A stretch of 50,463 bases of DNA from Desulfuromonadales bacterium (GTDB lineage Bacteria; Desulfobacterota; Desulfuromonadia; Desulfuromonadales; BM103). The stretch spans positions 1-50,463 of the forward strand of contig JAAXQF010000085.1 in assembly GCA_012974435.1 (NCBI GenBank), in the 5' to 3' direction. The notes beneath the pieces were generated by a model that searched no databases, was not told the origin of the DNA, and saw nothing but the letters and a program-made list of their open reading frames with translations. This document shows, piece after piece, positions 39,721-50,463 of the stretch (its first letter is position 1; each line of letters starts with the position of its first letter). The position numbers were made by a program, and so were the translations under genes.

Positions 39721-41568
39721 CTAACGTTTCAGAATAACGGATAAAATTGCAATTGCAGCGGGAGTCACACCAGGAATTCTGCCCGCCTGTCCGAGGGTGC
39801 GAGGAGCAACATTCATCAACTTCTCTCGAACCTCTGCGGAGAGACTACCGACGCTGTCATAATCAAAAGCAACCGGGATAGCCAGGTCCTCCAGGCGGCG
39901 GAAACGCTCAACCTGCTCGTGCTGGCGACGGATGTAGCCCGCATACTTGATTTCAGTTTCCAACTCATTGCGAACCTCGCTAGACCTCTCGGCCAGCCAG
40001 GGATCCAGAAAATCGAGATCTGCCAGTCTCAACTCGGGTCTGCGCAACAATTCCTCAAGAGAGGCCCCGTTCTTAAGGTCTGGTAACCCCAAACGCTTGA
40101 TCGCTTCCAGGTTGCTCGGAGAGATGCGCGTTATGCGCAAACGCTCACGTCCTTCCTCAAGAGAGGCCAACTTTGCAGAAAAGCGCAACCAGCGCTCCTC
40201 AGGCAACAAACCAACCTCATAACCAAGGGGACTGAGCCGTTGATCAGCATTATCTTCGCGCAAAAGGAGACGGTACTCAGCCCGGGAGGTAAACATTCTA
40301 TAAGGTTCCTTTGCGCCGAGATTGACAAGATCATCAATCAAAACACCCAGATAGCCCTGTTCCCTGCCGATCACAACAGGCTCATGTCCCTGAACCTGTA
40401 GCGTAGCGTTAATACCAGCCATCAGACCTTGACCTGCGGCCTCCTCGTAACCTGAAGTGCCGTTGACCTGCCCGGCGTGATAGAGCCCTTTTATAAGTTT
40501 CGTCTCCAGTGACGGGAGGAGTTGAATCGGGTCGACATAATCGTACTCGATCGCATACCCGGGACGCATTATCTCAACCTTTTCAAGGCCTTTCATGGTT
40601 CTCAGGTAGGCCAACTGAACATCAACAGGCAGTGAGGTTGAGACTCCATTAGGGTAAACCTCACCACTCGTCAACCCTTCCGGTTCGAGAAAAATCTGAT
40701 GTTGCTCCTTTTCCGGGAATCGAACCACCTTGTCTTCTATGGAAGGACAATAACGAGGCCCAACACCTTCTATAACTCCCGAATAGAGAGGAGAGCGATC
40801 CAGGCCACCACGGATCACATCATGGGTTCTCTCGTTGGTATAGGTGATATAGCAAGGAACCTGTGGACGATCAATAGACACGGTGTCGGCAGAGAAAGGT
40901 TGTGGTGAATCATCCCCAGGCTGCGCCTCCAGAACTGAGAAGTCGATTGTTTCAGCAGCAAGCCTTGGCGGTGTGCCTGTTTTTAAACGACCAACGGTAA
41001 AACCGAGTTCGCGTAAATGGTCAGAAAGCCCTTCAGATGGCGGCTCTCCGGCACGACCACCGGGATAATTCACCAGGCCAACATGAATCAAACCACGCAT
41101 AAAAGTGCCAGTTGTCACAACCACAGCAGGGGCCTCGAAGAGTAGACCATCCCGGGTCTCGACACCGGAAACGCGCCCATCCTCCACCAACAACCTCACA
41201 ACCTGGGCCTGCTTGAGATCAAGGCCTGCCTGGGCCTCGACAACCTGCTTCATCCGTGCACGGTAGAGATCGCGGTCAGCCTGCGCTCTGGAAGATCTAA
41301 CTGCTGGCCCTTTTTTGGTATTAAGCAGACGAAACTGAATCCCTGTTGCATCGATATTCCTGGCCATCTCACCACCGAGCGCATCAATTTCGTGCACCAG
41401 ATGGCCCTTGGCCAACCCACCAATTGCAGGATTGCACGACATTTGCGCGACAGCATCCAGGTTGAGCGTTAAAAGCAAAGCCCGGCAACCCATACGTGCC
41501 ACCGCCAACGCAGCCTCACAACCCGCATGACCCGCGCCAACAACTATCACATCGTATTTTTCACCCAT
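39721..41568 (-). CDS. mnmG: tRNA modification enzyme MnmG/GidA
   Basis: GAGHAG, MSCNPAIGG, RYCPSIE and GTSGYEEAA motifs. Confidence 0.97.
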   Translation of the reverse strand: MGEKYDVIVVGAGHAGCEAALAVARMGCRALLLTLNLDAVAQMSCNPAIGGLAKGHLVHEIDALGGEMARNIDATGIQFRLLNTKKGPAVRSSRAQADRDLYRARMKQVVEAQAGLDLKQAQVVRLLVEDGRVSGVETRDGLLFEAPAVVVTTGTFMRGLIHVGLVNYPGGRAGEPPSEGLSDHLRELGFTVGRLKTGTPPRLAAETIDFSVLEAQPGDDSPQPFSADTVSIDRPQVPCYITYTNERTHDVIRGGLDRSPLYSGVIEGVGPRYCPSIEDKVVRFPEKEQHQIFLEPEGLTSGEVYPNGVSTSLPVDVQLAYLRTMKGLEKVEIMRPGYAIEYDYVDPIQLLPSLETKLIKGLYHAGQVNGTSGYEEAAGQGLMAGINATLQVQGHEPVVIGREQGYLGVLIDDLVNLGAKEPYRMFTSRAEYRLLLREDNADQRLSPLGYEVGLLPEERWLRFSAKLASLEEGRERLRITRISPSNLEAIKRLGLPDLKNGASLEELLRRPELRLADLDFLDPWLAERSSEVRNELETEIKYAGYIRRQHEQVERFRRLEDLAIPVAFDYDSVGSLSAEVREKLMNVAPRTLGQAGRIPGVTPAAIAILSVILKR

Positions 41569-41596
41569 ATCAATCACACTTTTCAAATTACCAAAA

Positions 41597-41647
41597 CGTT
41601 CCACGTGAAACACACCAGTACTTTCACCAGATGTTCCACGTGGAACA
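41597..41647. other. Two parS centromere sites
   Basis: CGTTCCACGTGAAACA (41597-41612) and the perfect palindrome TGTTCCACGTGGAACA (41632-41647). Confidence 0.92.
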
Positions 41648-41649
41648 AA

Positions 41650-43020
41650 CTACTTACCTATACAGAAACGACTGAAAATCTGATCCAGAATTTCATCAGG
41701 GGTTGTTTCACCGGTAATCAACCCCAGAGAATTCAAACCTTCACGTAAATCCATCGCTAGACACTCGTAAGGTGCTAACAACTGAACACCCTCAAAGAAC
41801 GCATTGAGAGAAGTTATTGCTCTAAGCAAAGCATCCTTGTGTCGTTTTTCTGTGACGACAAGGCCCTCACCTGCTGCAGAAAGACTGTCCTGCCCTAACC
41901 GCTCAGCAATAACAGTACAGAGTGAATCAAGACCTGCTAACTTTTTAGCTGAAACCTGGACCCTGTGTGAGAACTCTGCTAACTGACTGAAATCTATACA
42001 TTGCGGTTGATCATCCTTGTTAACCACAACGATGGTTTTATCAGTTTGGCACAGGCCCATCGCCAGACGGTCCTCGTCGTTTAAAGGGGTTGAACCATCA
42101 ACTACCAAAAGGACCAGGTCAGCACTGCGGGCCTTACTACTTGCCCTTCGCACTCCCTCCTTCTCAATCGGATCATCCGTTTCTCTTACACCGGCGGCAT
42201 CTATAAGACGAACCGGGAAACCGGCAAGAACAAGCGACTCCTCGAGCGTGTCACGCGTTGTTCCGGCTACAGGGGTAACAATAGCCCTGGACTCACCGAG
42301 TAGGGCGTTCATCAGGGAACTCTTGCCAACATTGGGACGGCCGAGGATTAGGATGCTGACACCTTCCCGTAATACGCGACCCACGTCGAAACTGTTTGCA
42401 AGCGCAACCATTTCAACTACTTGAGCACGAATTGGCTCAACCAGGGAAGCGAGGTCCAGAGAGCCAACTTCGTCATCCGGAAAATCAATATGAGCCTCCA
42501 GAAGAGCCAGCGCTGACTTGAGTTGATCAGAGTATGCGTAGATTTTTCGTGACAGGTGCCCTTCGAGTTGATCAAGGGCGACTTGACCAGACTTTTCTGA
42601 GCGTGCCTTGATAACGTCGACAACCGCCTCGGCCTGGGACAGGTCGAGACGGCCATTCAAAAAGGCACGCTGGGTGAACTCTCCGGGCGAGGCCATTCTT
42701 GCACCAGCAGCCAGAAACAGGTCGAGGACGCTTCGCATAATCTGGATTCCGCCATGACAGTGCACTTCAACAACATCCTCTCCGGTGTAAGAACGGGGAG
42801 CACGCATCACGACAGCGAGGACTTCATCGAGACGAACCTCGTCAGCATTGAAAAGCTGGCCATAGTATAAACGGTGAGATTCAAACTCTTTATGCTTTGT
42901 TTTACTACGAAAAGAGCTTTTGAGATGGGTAACGGCCTGAGGGCCGGAGAGTCGCACTATACCAACGCCACCTTCTCCCGGTGGAGTCACCGGAGCAACA
43001 ATGGTATCCAAACTAAACAT
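41650..43020 (-). CDS. mnmE: tRNA modification GTPase MnmE/TrmE
   Basis: GRPNVGKSS, GTTRD, DAAG, NKDD and C-terminal FCIGK. Confidence 0.97.
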   Translation of the reverse strand: MFSLDTIVAPVTPPGEGGVGIVRLSGPQAVTHLKSSFRSKTKHKEFESHRLYYGQLFNADEVRLDEVLAVVMRAPRSYTGEDVVEVHCHGGIQIMRSVLDLFLAAGARMASPGEFTQRAFLNGRLDLSQAEAVVDVIKARSEKSGQVALDQLEGHLSRKIYAYSDQLKSALALLEAHIDFPDDEVGSLDLASLVEPIRAQVVEMVALANSFDVGRVLREGVSILILGRPNVGKSSLMNALLGESRAIVTPVAGTTRDTLEESLVLAGFPVRLIDAAGVRETDDPIEKEGVRRASSKARSADLVLLVVDGSTPLNDEDRLAMGLCQTDKTIVVVNKDDQPQCIDFSQLAEFSHRVQVSAKKLAGLDSLCTVIAERLGQDSLSAAGEGLVVTEKRHKDALLRAITSLNAFFEGVQLLAPYECLAMDLREGLNSLGLITGETTPDEILDQIFSRFCIGK

Positions 43021-43655
43021 CAGTTCACCCGCAGCTTCAGCACAATAATTTTACGGTCACCTTCATGGTTTCTGGAGATGGCTTCGAGGTCTGCTTCCTG
43101 TTTAAATCGTTCGTGCAGAATACGGCGTTCACCAAGGGCGAGGGGAGGAGTGCTTGCAGGCTTACTCGTCTCACGGACTGTGTGAGTCAGTTTATCCGCC
43201 AACCTAATCAGAAACTCGTGTCGGCGAGCACGGTAGCCATCAACATCCAAAACAATGGGGGTGCGATCCGTGGTCTGTCGGTCTGTCATTGTGCCGACCA
43301 GACCCTGCATAGCATCAAGCATCTGGCCATGACGACCTATAAGCAGACTGGAATCGTCAGAAGAAAGGAGAAGTTGAATTTGGTTAGTGGACGTTACAAC
43401 CTCTATCGCAACGTCCAAACCACTTAAGCGCAGCAAACCGTCTGTAAACTGACGAGCTATGGCGCCACGGTCATGAAGCTTGACCCTGACCTTGGCCTGA
43501 CGCTTGCCAAACAGACCAAGAAAACCAGGAGAAGCGGCCTGCAAAACCTCTACATCAGCTTCGGCGCGAGTACACTTTAACTGCGACAAGGCGTTTTCAA
43601 CGGCAGTATCAAGGTTGCTAGCTGTGACTTCAAGGTGTAGGTGATCAAGCTTCAT
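43020..43655 (-). CDS. jag: Jag/KhpB RNA-binding protein (Jag-N, KH, R3H)
   Basis: GFLGLFG, LIGRHG KH loop and ERRILH R3H. Confidence 0.88.
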   Translation of the reverse strand: MKLDHLHLEVTASNLDTAVENALSQLKCTRAEADVEVLQAASPGFLGLFGKRQAKVRVKLHDRGAIARQFTDGLLRLSGLDVAIEVVTSTNQIQLLLSSDDSSLLIGRHGQMLDAMQGLVGTMTDRQTTDRTPIVLDVDGYRARRHEFLIRLADKLTHTVRETSKPASTPPLALGERRILHERFKQEADLEAISRNHEGDRKIIVLKLRVN

Positions 43656-43664
43656 AATCAAAAA

Positions 43665-45302
43665 TCAGGTGGCCTTACGGTGTATAAAATACTGCTGCAG
43701 AATAGTCAGGAGGTTGTTAACCAACCAGTAAATAACCAGTCCCGAAGGGAAGTTAAGGAACATGAAGGTGAACACTATCGGCATCATCATAAAGATTTTA
43801 GCCTGCATAGGATCAGCCGTTGTCGGCGTCATTTTCTGCTGCACGAACATACTGGCACCCATAAGAACAGGTGTGATGTAGTAAGGGTCTTTGGCCGCTA
43901 GATCTGTCAACCAGAAAGCAAAAGGAGCATGCCGCAACGCGATAGAGTTGAGTAAAACCTGGTAAAGAGCAAAGAATACTGGAATCTGTACAATCATCGG
44001 TAAACAACCACCCAAGGGATTAACACTATGGGTTTTGTACAGTTGCATCATTTCCTTGTTCAATCGCTCCTTATCATTCTTGAACTTCTCGCGAAGCTTC
44101 GCCATTTCAGGCTGCAACTTCTGCATCGACTTCATCGATGAATAACTCTTGTGAGTCAATGGCCAGAAAATGATCTTGATCACTGCGGTCAGAAGAATAA
44201 TGGCAATGCCGTAATTTTGTAAAAACCCATAAAAGAAGGTCAGGACTAAAAAGAGGGGTTGAGCCAGGAGATTAAAGAACCCGAAGCTAACTATTTTTTC
44301 GAGTTGATGGCCTGCAGCTGTGAGTTGCGCCGGTTCCTTGGGACCAATAAAAACGAAGTAATCCAGCGTACGTTTTTCACCAGCCTGTAGGGTAAAGTAA
44401 GACGACTCGAGGACGTTCTCTATAGCATCGCCCTTACGTTGTAACTGAACCCGCTCAACAGTATTATCACCAGGAACGACGACAGAGAGGAAATACTTAG
44501 TCTGAAAAGAGGTCCAGGTAATATCTTTCCCATAAGAAACGGCCCCTTCTTTCAGATCGTCAACATCAACCTCATCGATGTCATCTTTAACCAATGTGGC
44601 AGGACCCGAAAAGGAGTAACTGTCTGCCTTCAGAGACTCATCCCAGCGCTGAACCATAGCAAGGTTAACGGTACCACGCAGCGGTGTCTGACTTTCATTG
44701 CTGAGTTCGAGAGCCATATCAATGACATACTCATCACCACGCACCTTGAAAGACTTAACAAACTGCATGCCGTTGGCTGCAATATGCTTGAATGAAATTT
44801 CTAAATGATCCTGGTTGTTTACGTTAACAATTGAAGCTGATGTCGTTTCAAAGCGAGCGTTTTCACTTAAACCGAAACCTTCTGCACCGGTCGTACGCAA
44901 AGTTGAATAACGTAACGGACCAGTTTCATACATCTGCACAGGAGTAGAGTCCTTTGCAGCGGTCTCCATGTAATCTTTCAACTTGAAAGAAATCAACCGT
45001 GCACCATCAGTTGTGAAGATCGCTTGGTATTTGTCTGTTTCGACGGTTATCTCGCGAGCAGGGGTAGAAGTCTGCACAGCCATTGAAACAGGGGTCTCTC
45101 CAGTAACAGGTAAGGTCTCAACCTCAACAACCTTTTCGGTAACAACGGTCTCTTCTTGTGCCTGGGAAGCAACAACAGGAGTTGATTGAACACTCTCTGG
45201 CTGTTGTTCTTTCTGCGGTGGGAAGAAAAAGGAAAATCCCAACCAGACAGCGAGCATGAGTACCATTGCGAGAACCAGGTTTTTATTTTCAGCTGTATTC
45301 AT
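43665..45302 (-). CDS. yidC: Membrane protein insertase YidC
   Basis: GPK, NPLGGCLP, QIPVFFA and GLVIYW motifs. Confidence 0.97.
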   Translation of the reverse strand: MNTAENKNLVLAMVLMLAVWLGFSFFFPPQKEQQPESVQSTPVVASQAQEETVVTEKVVEVETLPVTGETPVSMAVQTSTPAREITVETDKYQAIFTTDGARLISFKLKDYMETAAKDSTPVQMYETGPLRYSTLRTTGAEGFGLSENARFETTSASIVNVNNQDHLEISFKHIAANGMQFVKSFKVRGDEYVIDMALELSNESQTPLRGTVNLAMVQRWDESLKADSYSFSGPATLVKDDIDEVDVDDLKEGAVSYGKDITWTSFQTKYFLSVVVPGDNTVERVQLQRKGDAIENVLESSYFTLQAGEKRTLDYFVFIGPKEPAQLTAAGHQLEKIVSFGFFNLLAQPLFLVLTFFYGFLQNYGIAIILLTAVIKIIFWPLTHKSYSSMKSMQKLQPEMAKLREKFKNDKERLNKEMMQLYKTHSVNPLGGCLPMIVQIPVFFALYQVLLNSIALRHAPFAFWLTDLAAKDPYYITPVLMGASMFVQQKMTPTTADPMQAKIFMMMPIVFTFMFLNFPSGLVIYWLVNNLLTILQQYFIHRKAT

Positions 45303-45334
45303 AACGAAAGAGAAACTCCTGTATTTACAACTAC

Positions 45335-45547
45335 TTAGTCAAGTGGATCATATCCACCTGGGTGCCAGGGATGACAACGGGTAAGACGCTTCAAACCCAA
45401 CCACAGACCGCTCAGGGCACCATACCTGTTGACAGCATCCAGAGTGTACATGGAGCAGGAAGGGTAAAAACGACAGGTTGGAGGCTTTAGCGGAGATAGA
45501 AAGGTTCTATAAAAGCTAATGCCCGCTATGGCTAACCGTTTAAACAT
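45335..45547 (-). CDS. yidD: Membrane protein insertion efficiency factor
   Basis: CRFYPSCS and RCHPWHPGGYDP motifs. Confidence 0.95.
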   Translation of the reverse strand: MFKRLAIAGISFYRTFLSPLKPPTCRFYPSCSMYTLDAVNRYGALSGLWLGLKRLTRCHPWHPGGYDPLD

Positions 45548-45896
45548 GTTCTTCGGTCTCCAGGCGGGCAAATACTGTTAAAAGTTCCCTGTCAAGTTGC
45601 TGGTGAGTCAGATCTCCGGCGTTGCGCTTGGCTATAATCGATATATCCACGATCTGACCGAACATCTTATAATTGTGTCTAAACAACTCTCGCATCCATC
45701 GTTTGAGTTGGTTTCGACAAACTGCGTTACCGACCTTGCGGCTTACAGTTAAGCCCAGGCGAGAATACGTTCCGCCCGGGTTTACAATCACAACAAAATG
45801 GGTTGTGTGATAACGTCGGCCCTCTCGCCTGCAACGTTCATAGTCACTTGAACGTAAAATACGGCGACACTTATCGAGGGTATGTTCATCTTTCAC
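45540..45896 (-). CDS. rnpA: Ribonuclease P protein component
   Basis: RLGLTVSRKVGNAVCRN (RNR motif). Confidence 0.93.
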   Translation of the reverse strand: MKDEHTLDKCRRILRSSDYERCRREGRRYHTTHFVVIVNPGGTYSRLGLTVSRKVGNAVCRNQLKRWMRELFRHNYKMFGQIVDISIIAKRNAGDLTHQQLDRELLTVFARLETEEHV

Positions 45897-45911
45897 CCGC
45901 TAACTTTTAAA

Positions 45912-46061
45912 CTATTTAGTCGGGATGGTTGCGGCCAAATTTTTACGGCCCCTAGCACGACGACGCTTGATAACATTGGCGCCAGCGCTCGAACGCATGC
46001 GCTTGCGAAAACCGTGAGTACGTTTACGACTGACTTTGCTGGGTTGATAAGTACGCTTCAT
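45912..46061 (-). CDS. rpmH: 50S ribosomal protein L34 (49 aa, below the ORF-track cutoff)
   Basis: [49 protein letters not shown]. Confidence 0.96.
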   Translation of the reverse strand: MKRTYQPSKVSRKRTHGFRKRMRSSAGANVIKRRRARGRKNLAATIPTK

Positions 46062-46286
46062 GACTTTTTAATCTCCTCGAATATCGTCAAGATGGGATTT
46101 TTGTGAAAAGAACTTTTAAGCATGCCTGAAAAATAAAGTCAAGAACGAAAAGGTTTTCTCCCTATTTACTCTTTCTCGGACAAACAGTTTTCCCTTGCAA
46201 TAAAAAAAACCATCTGATAATCTTTGCTGTCAAGTTTTACACCTTTTTTAAAACACCTAAACCTTTGTAATCAGGTTCTTTTTGAG

Positions 46287-46318
46287 TTATCCACAGTTGT
46301 TTAAAAGTTTGTGGATAA
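46287..46318. promoter_or_regulatory. Two perfect DnaA boxes upstream of dnaA
   Basis: TTATCCACA (46287) and TGTGGATAA (46310). Confidence 0.88.
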
Positions 46319-46370
46319 ATCTGTTTTCAAAGTCTTTTTCCTGAAGGCTTGAGTTGAATAAGATACCGGT

Positions 46371-47723
46371 ATGAGTAAACTCTGGGATGATACCCTCGCA
46401 CATCTGGAACTGAATCTCAGTCCTCAACACTTCTCTACCTGGATAAAACCTTTGAAGCTCGTCAAGATTGAGCAGGATATGGTTTATCTAGAGGTCCCAA
46501 ACCGGTTTGTCCTGGACTGGGTAAAAGAAAATTACAGTAAACTTATTCAGAAAAACCTCTCGGATCTTTCAGCTGTTAGTTACAGGTTACATTTTGATGT
46601 TTCCAATCAAGTTGTCGCGCAATTCCCAAAAACAACCCCAGTAGTTGATACACCTGTAGCTGTAGTGGCTAATAAAAACATCGTCAATAAAACGAATTCC
46701 GCAGACCTTAATCTTAATAGAAAATATACTTTCGAAGAATTTGTTGCAGGCTCTTCTAATCAGTTTGCTTATGCTGCAGCCATGGCAGTCGCCAACAACC
46801 CGGCAACTACCTACAATCCCTTGTTTATTTATGGTGGGGTCGGCCTCGGAAAAACACATCTGGTTAATGCGATTGGCAACACTATTCTCAAAAAATCACC
46901 CCAGATGCGGATCTGCTATTACACGTCCGAAAAATTCATGAACGAACTTATTAACTCTCTGCGTTACAATCGCATGGATGAGTTCAGAAACAAGTTTCGA
47001 TCCATGGATGTTCTTCTGATTGATGATATTCAGTTTATTGCTGGAAAAGAACGTACCCAGGAAGAGTTTTTCCATACATTCAATGCTCTTTACGACTCTC
47101 ACAAGCAGATCATTGTTACCTCCGATAAGTTTCCAAAAGACATTCCAGGACTTGAAGAACGCTTAAGATCGCGCTTTGAATGGGGTCTTATAGCTGATAT
47201 TCAAGCCCCTGATGTAGAAACAAAAATGGCTATTTTGAAAATGAAAGCCGAGCAAAACAGTATAAATTTGCCCGAAGATGTGGCTCAATTTCTAGCTAAT
47301 TCAATCTGTAACAACGTCCGGGAGTTGGAAGGTTATCTTATCAGGATTGGTGCCTACGCAAGCTTGACATCTGTTCCTATTTCTCTGGAAATGGCTCGTG
47401 ATGTACTCAAGGATATTCTAATAGAGAGAAATCGTGAACTCACTGTAGAAGAGATAGTTAAAAAGGTCAGCCTTCATTTTAATATCAAAATTTCAGATAT
47501 AAAATCTGCTAAAAGGCTTAAGGCTGTGGTCTTGCCAAGACAGATTGCCATGTATATTTCACGTCAATTAACCTCTTCCTCTTATCCAGAGATAGGCGAC
47601 CGTTTTGGCGGCAAAGATCATTCGACAATTATTCATGCCATCCGTAAGATTGAAAAGCTGATGGAAGAAGATTTCCAACTGAAAAGCACAATAGAAAATC
47701 TGAAGAAAGAACTGACCAATTAG
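46371..47723 (+). CDS. dnaA: Chromosomal replication initiator DnaA
   Basis: GGVGLGKTHL, DDIQF, RELEG and GGKDHSTI motifs. Confidence 0.98.
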   Translation: MSKLWDDTLAHLELNLSPQHFSTWIKPLKLVKIEQDMVYLEVPNRFVLDWVKENYSKLIQKNLSDLSAVSYRLHFDVSNQVVAQFPKTTPVVDTPVAVVANKNIVNKTNSADLNLNRKYTFEEFVAGSSNQFAYAAAMAVANNPATTYNPLFIYGGVGLGKTHLVNAIGNTILKKSPQMRICYYTSEKFMNELINSLRYNRMDEFRNKFRSMDVLLIDDIQFIAGKERTQEEFFHTFNALYDSHKQIIVTSDKFPKDIPGLEERLRSRFEWGLIADIQAPDVETKMAILKMKAEQNSINLPEDVAQFLANSICNNVRELEGYLIRIGAYASLTSVPISLEMARDVLKDILIERNRELTVEEIVKKVSLHFNIKISDIKSAKRLKAVVLPRQIAMYISRQLTSSSYPEIGDRFGGKDHSTIIHAIRKIEKLMEEDFQLKSTIENLKKELTN

Positions 47724-47976
47724 TCTTTTTTTAAAGGTATTGATAACCTGTTCAAAAGAGGGTGCATAAACTGGGGATAAAATAGCCTTAACAAAAAAAC
47801 CTCATTTATCCCCATTTGATCAACAGCTTTTACCGGAAGTTATAAAGCGATCAAGTACCTGAAAATAATAATAAAATATGATTTTTTGAGCTATTAACAG
47901 ACACTATTACTACTACTAGCTTTTAATCTTATTAGTATTTAAATAATAATAAGATCTGTGGATTAAGGAGGATGTT
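47724..47976. other. Replication origin oriC (dnaA-dnaN intergenic region)
   Basis: Near-consensus DnaA boxes TGGGGATAA 47772, TTATCCCCA 47806, TGTGGATTA 47957; DnaA-trio array CTA TTA CTA CTA CTA 47904-47918 followed by an AT-rich tract. Confidence 0.85.
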
Positions 47977-49089
47977 ATGAATTTCACAATTGAAAAGGAT
48001 GTTTTTCTGAAAGGCTTGGCCAGAGTTCAGGGGATTGTTGAAAAGAGAAATACCATACCGGTATTATCCAATGTACTCCTGGAAGGAGCAGATGGTGTAC
48101 TGCATCTGACGGCAACAGATCTGGAAGTTGGAATGCAATCATCTTATCCAGCGAATATACGCAAACCTGGAAAAATTACTGTTTCAGCAAAGAAACTCTT
48201 TGAAATTATCAAGGAACTGCCGGATAACGAAATCAGTTTTAATGCCAAGGACAATTGCTGGATAGAGATAGAATGCGGCAAAGCCCAATTCAATATAGTG
48301 GGCCTCTCTGCCGATGAATTTCCTAATTTTCCCCAACCAGATAGAAACACCTTTCTTTCTCTGAGTAGTTCATTATGCAAAGAGATGATAGAGAAGACTT
48401 TCTTTGCAGTTTCTCAGGATGAAAGTAAATACAATCTCAACGGTATATTCTGTCAGTTTCAGGAAGGTACCAATCAACTACGCCTGGTCGCTACAGACGG
48501 TCATCGTCTGTCAATGATTGATAAGCAGGTAGAGTTGGCAGAAAGTTCAGAACTGAGTCGTGGAGTTATTCTGCCGCGTAAGGGAATTCTTGAACTAAAA
48601 AAACTCGCCGAAGAAGGTGAAGGCGACCTGCAGTTGGGTTTTATGGACAATAATGCCGTCGTAAGCAAAGATCAGACGATTATTATTATGCGTCTGGTTG
48701 ATGGTGAGTTTCCTGACTACAGCCGGGTTATTCCCAAGAATAATGAACAAACTGCGGCGATAGCTGTTGATCCTTTCCTGCATGCATTGCGCCGCATGAT
48801 TATACTTTCAAGCGAAAAATCCCGGGGCGTGAAGATGAATTTCAAGAAAAACCTGCTTGAAGTCTCTTCATCCAACCCTGAGTTGGGCGACGCTCGTGAG
48901 GAGATGGATATAGAGTATCAGGGACCGGAACTCTCAGTTGGTTTTAACGCTCGTTACCTGCTCGACATATTGCAGGTGCAGCATCAGGATCAGATCAATA
49001 TGATTCTTAAAGACAACCTCTCTCCAGGGCTTATTAAGCCGATAGAAGAGGATGGCTATCTGGCAGTCATTATGCCGATGCGTCTCTAG
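47977..49089 (+). CDS. dnaN: DNA polymerase III beta clamp
   Basis: ATDLE, ATDGHRL, GEFPDY, GFNARY and IMPMRL motifs. Confidence 0.98.
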   Translation: MNFTIEKDVFLKGLARVQGIVEKRNTIPVLSNVLLEGADGVLHLTATDLEVGMQSSYPANIRKPGKITVSAKKLFEIIKELPDNEISFNAKDNCWIEIECGKAQFNIVGLSADEFPNFPQPDRNTFLSLSSSLCKEMIEKTFFAVSQDESKYNLNGIFCQFQEGTNQLRLVATDGHRLSMIDKQVELAESSELSRGVILPRKGILELKKLAEEGEGDLQLGFMDNNAVVSKDQTIIIMRLVDGEFPDYSRVIPKNNEQTAAIAVDPFLHALRRMIILSSEKSRGVKMNFKKNLLEVSSSNPELGDAREEMDIEYQGPELSVGFNARYLLDILQVQHQDQINMILKDNLSPGLIKPIEEDGYLAVIMPMRL

Positions 49090-49142
49090 TTGGAACGTTT
49101 TGAAAAAAACCTTTAACTTTAGGTTTTTTTCTTGAAGGCAAT

Positions 49143-50463
<1,321 letters not shown>

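Overview
Origin-of-replication region of a Desulfuromonadales (Desulfuromonas/Geobacter-related) deltaproteobacterium, mostly core genes. Left to right: rsmB-rpe-nudix, glutaredoxin, the sfrBA NADPH oxidoreductase, a small redox cluster (cupin, zinc-ribbon protein, rubrerythrin), uvrA, pdxA, surA/PPIase, mfd, nadA, tatBC, a DsbA-like protein, an ABC-2 transporter, a GntR regulator, an RCK K+ channel, the atpF'FHAGDC operon, bactofilin, parAB, rsmG-mnmG-mnmE-jag-yidC-yidD-rnpA-rpmH, oriC, dnaA-dnaN-recF and the start of gyrB. Features not in the ORF track: (1) a stand-alone small gene at 9030-9194 with an in-frame UGA, a SECIS-like hairpin and a U-x4-C motif, which is a candidate small membrane selenoprotein; (2) an AT-rich array of two integron gene cassettes with attC sites but no integrase (29067-30520); (3) a shared operator GYATACTGTATACAA in front of sfrB, gntR and the atp operon; (4) tandem NrdR-like boxes before parA, two parS sites and a DnaA-box/DnaA-trio origin. 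The contig also looks like a Nextera-derived assembly with errors: a Tn5 mosaic-end adapter at the right end, a 49-bp duplication frameshifting uvrA, about 55 codons missing from atpD and an 11-bp duplication at the end of atpH.
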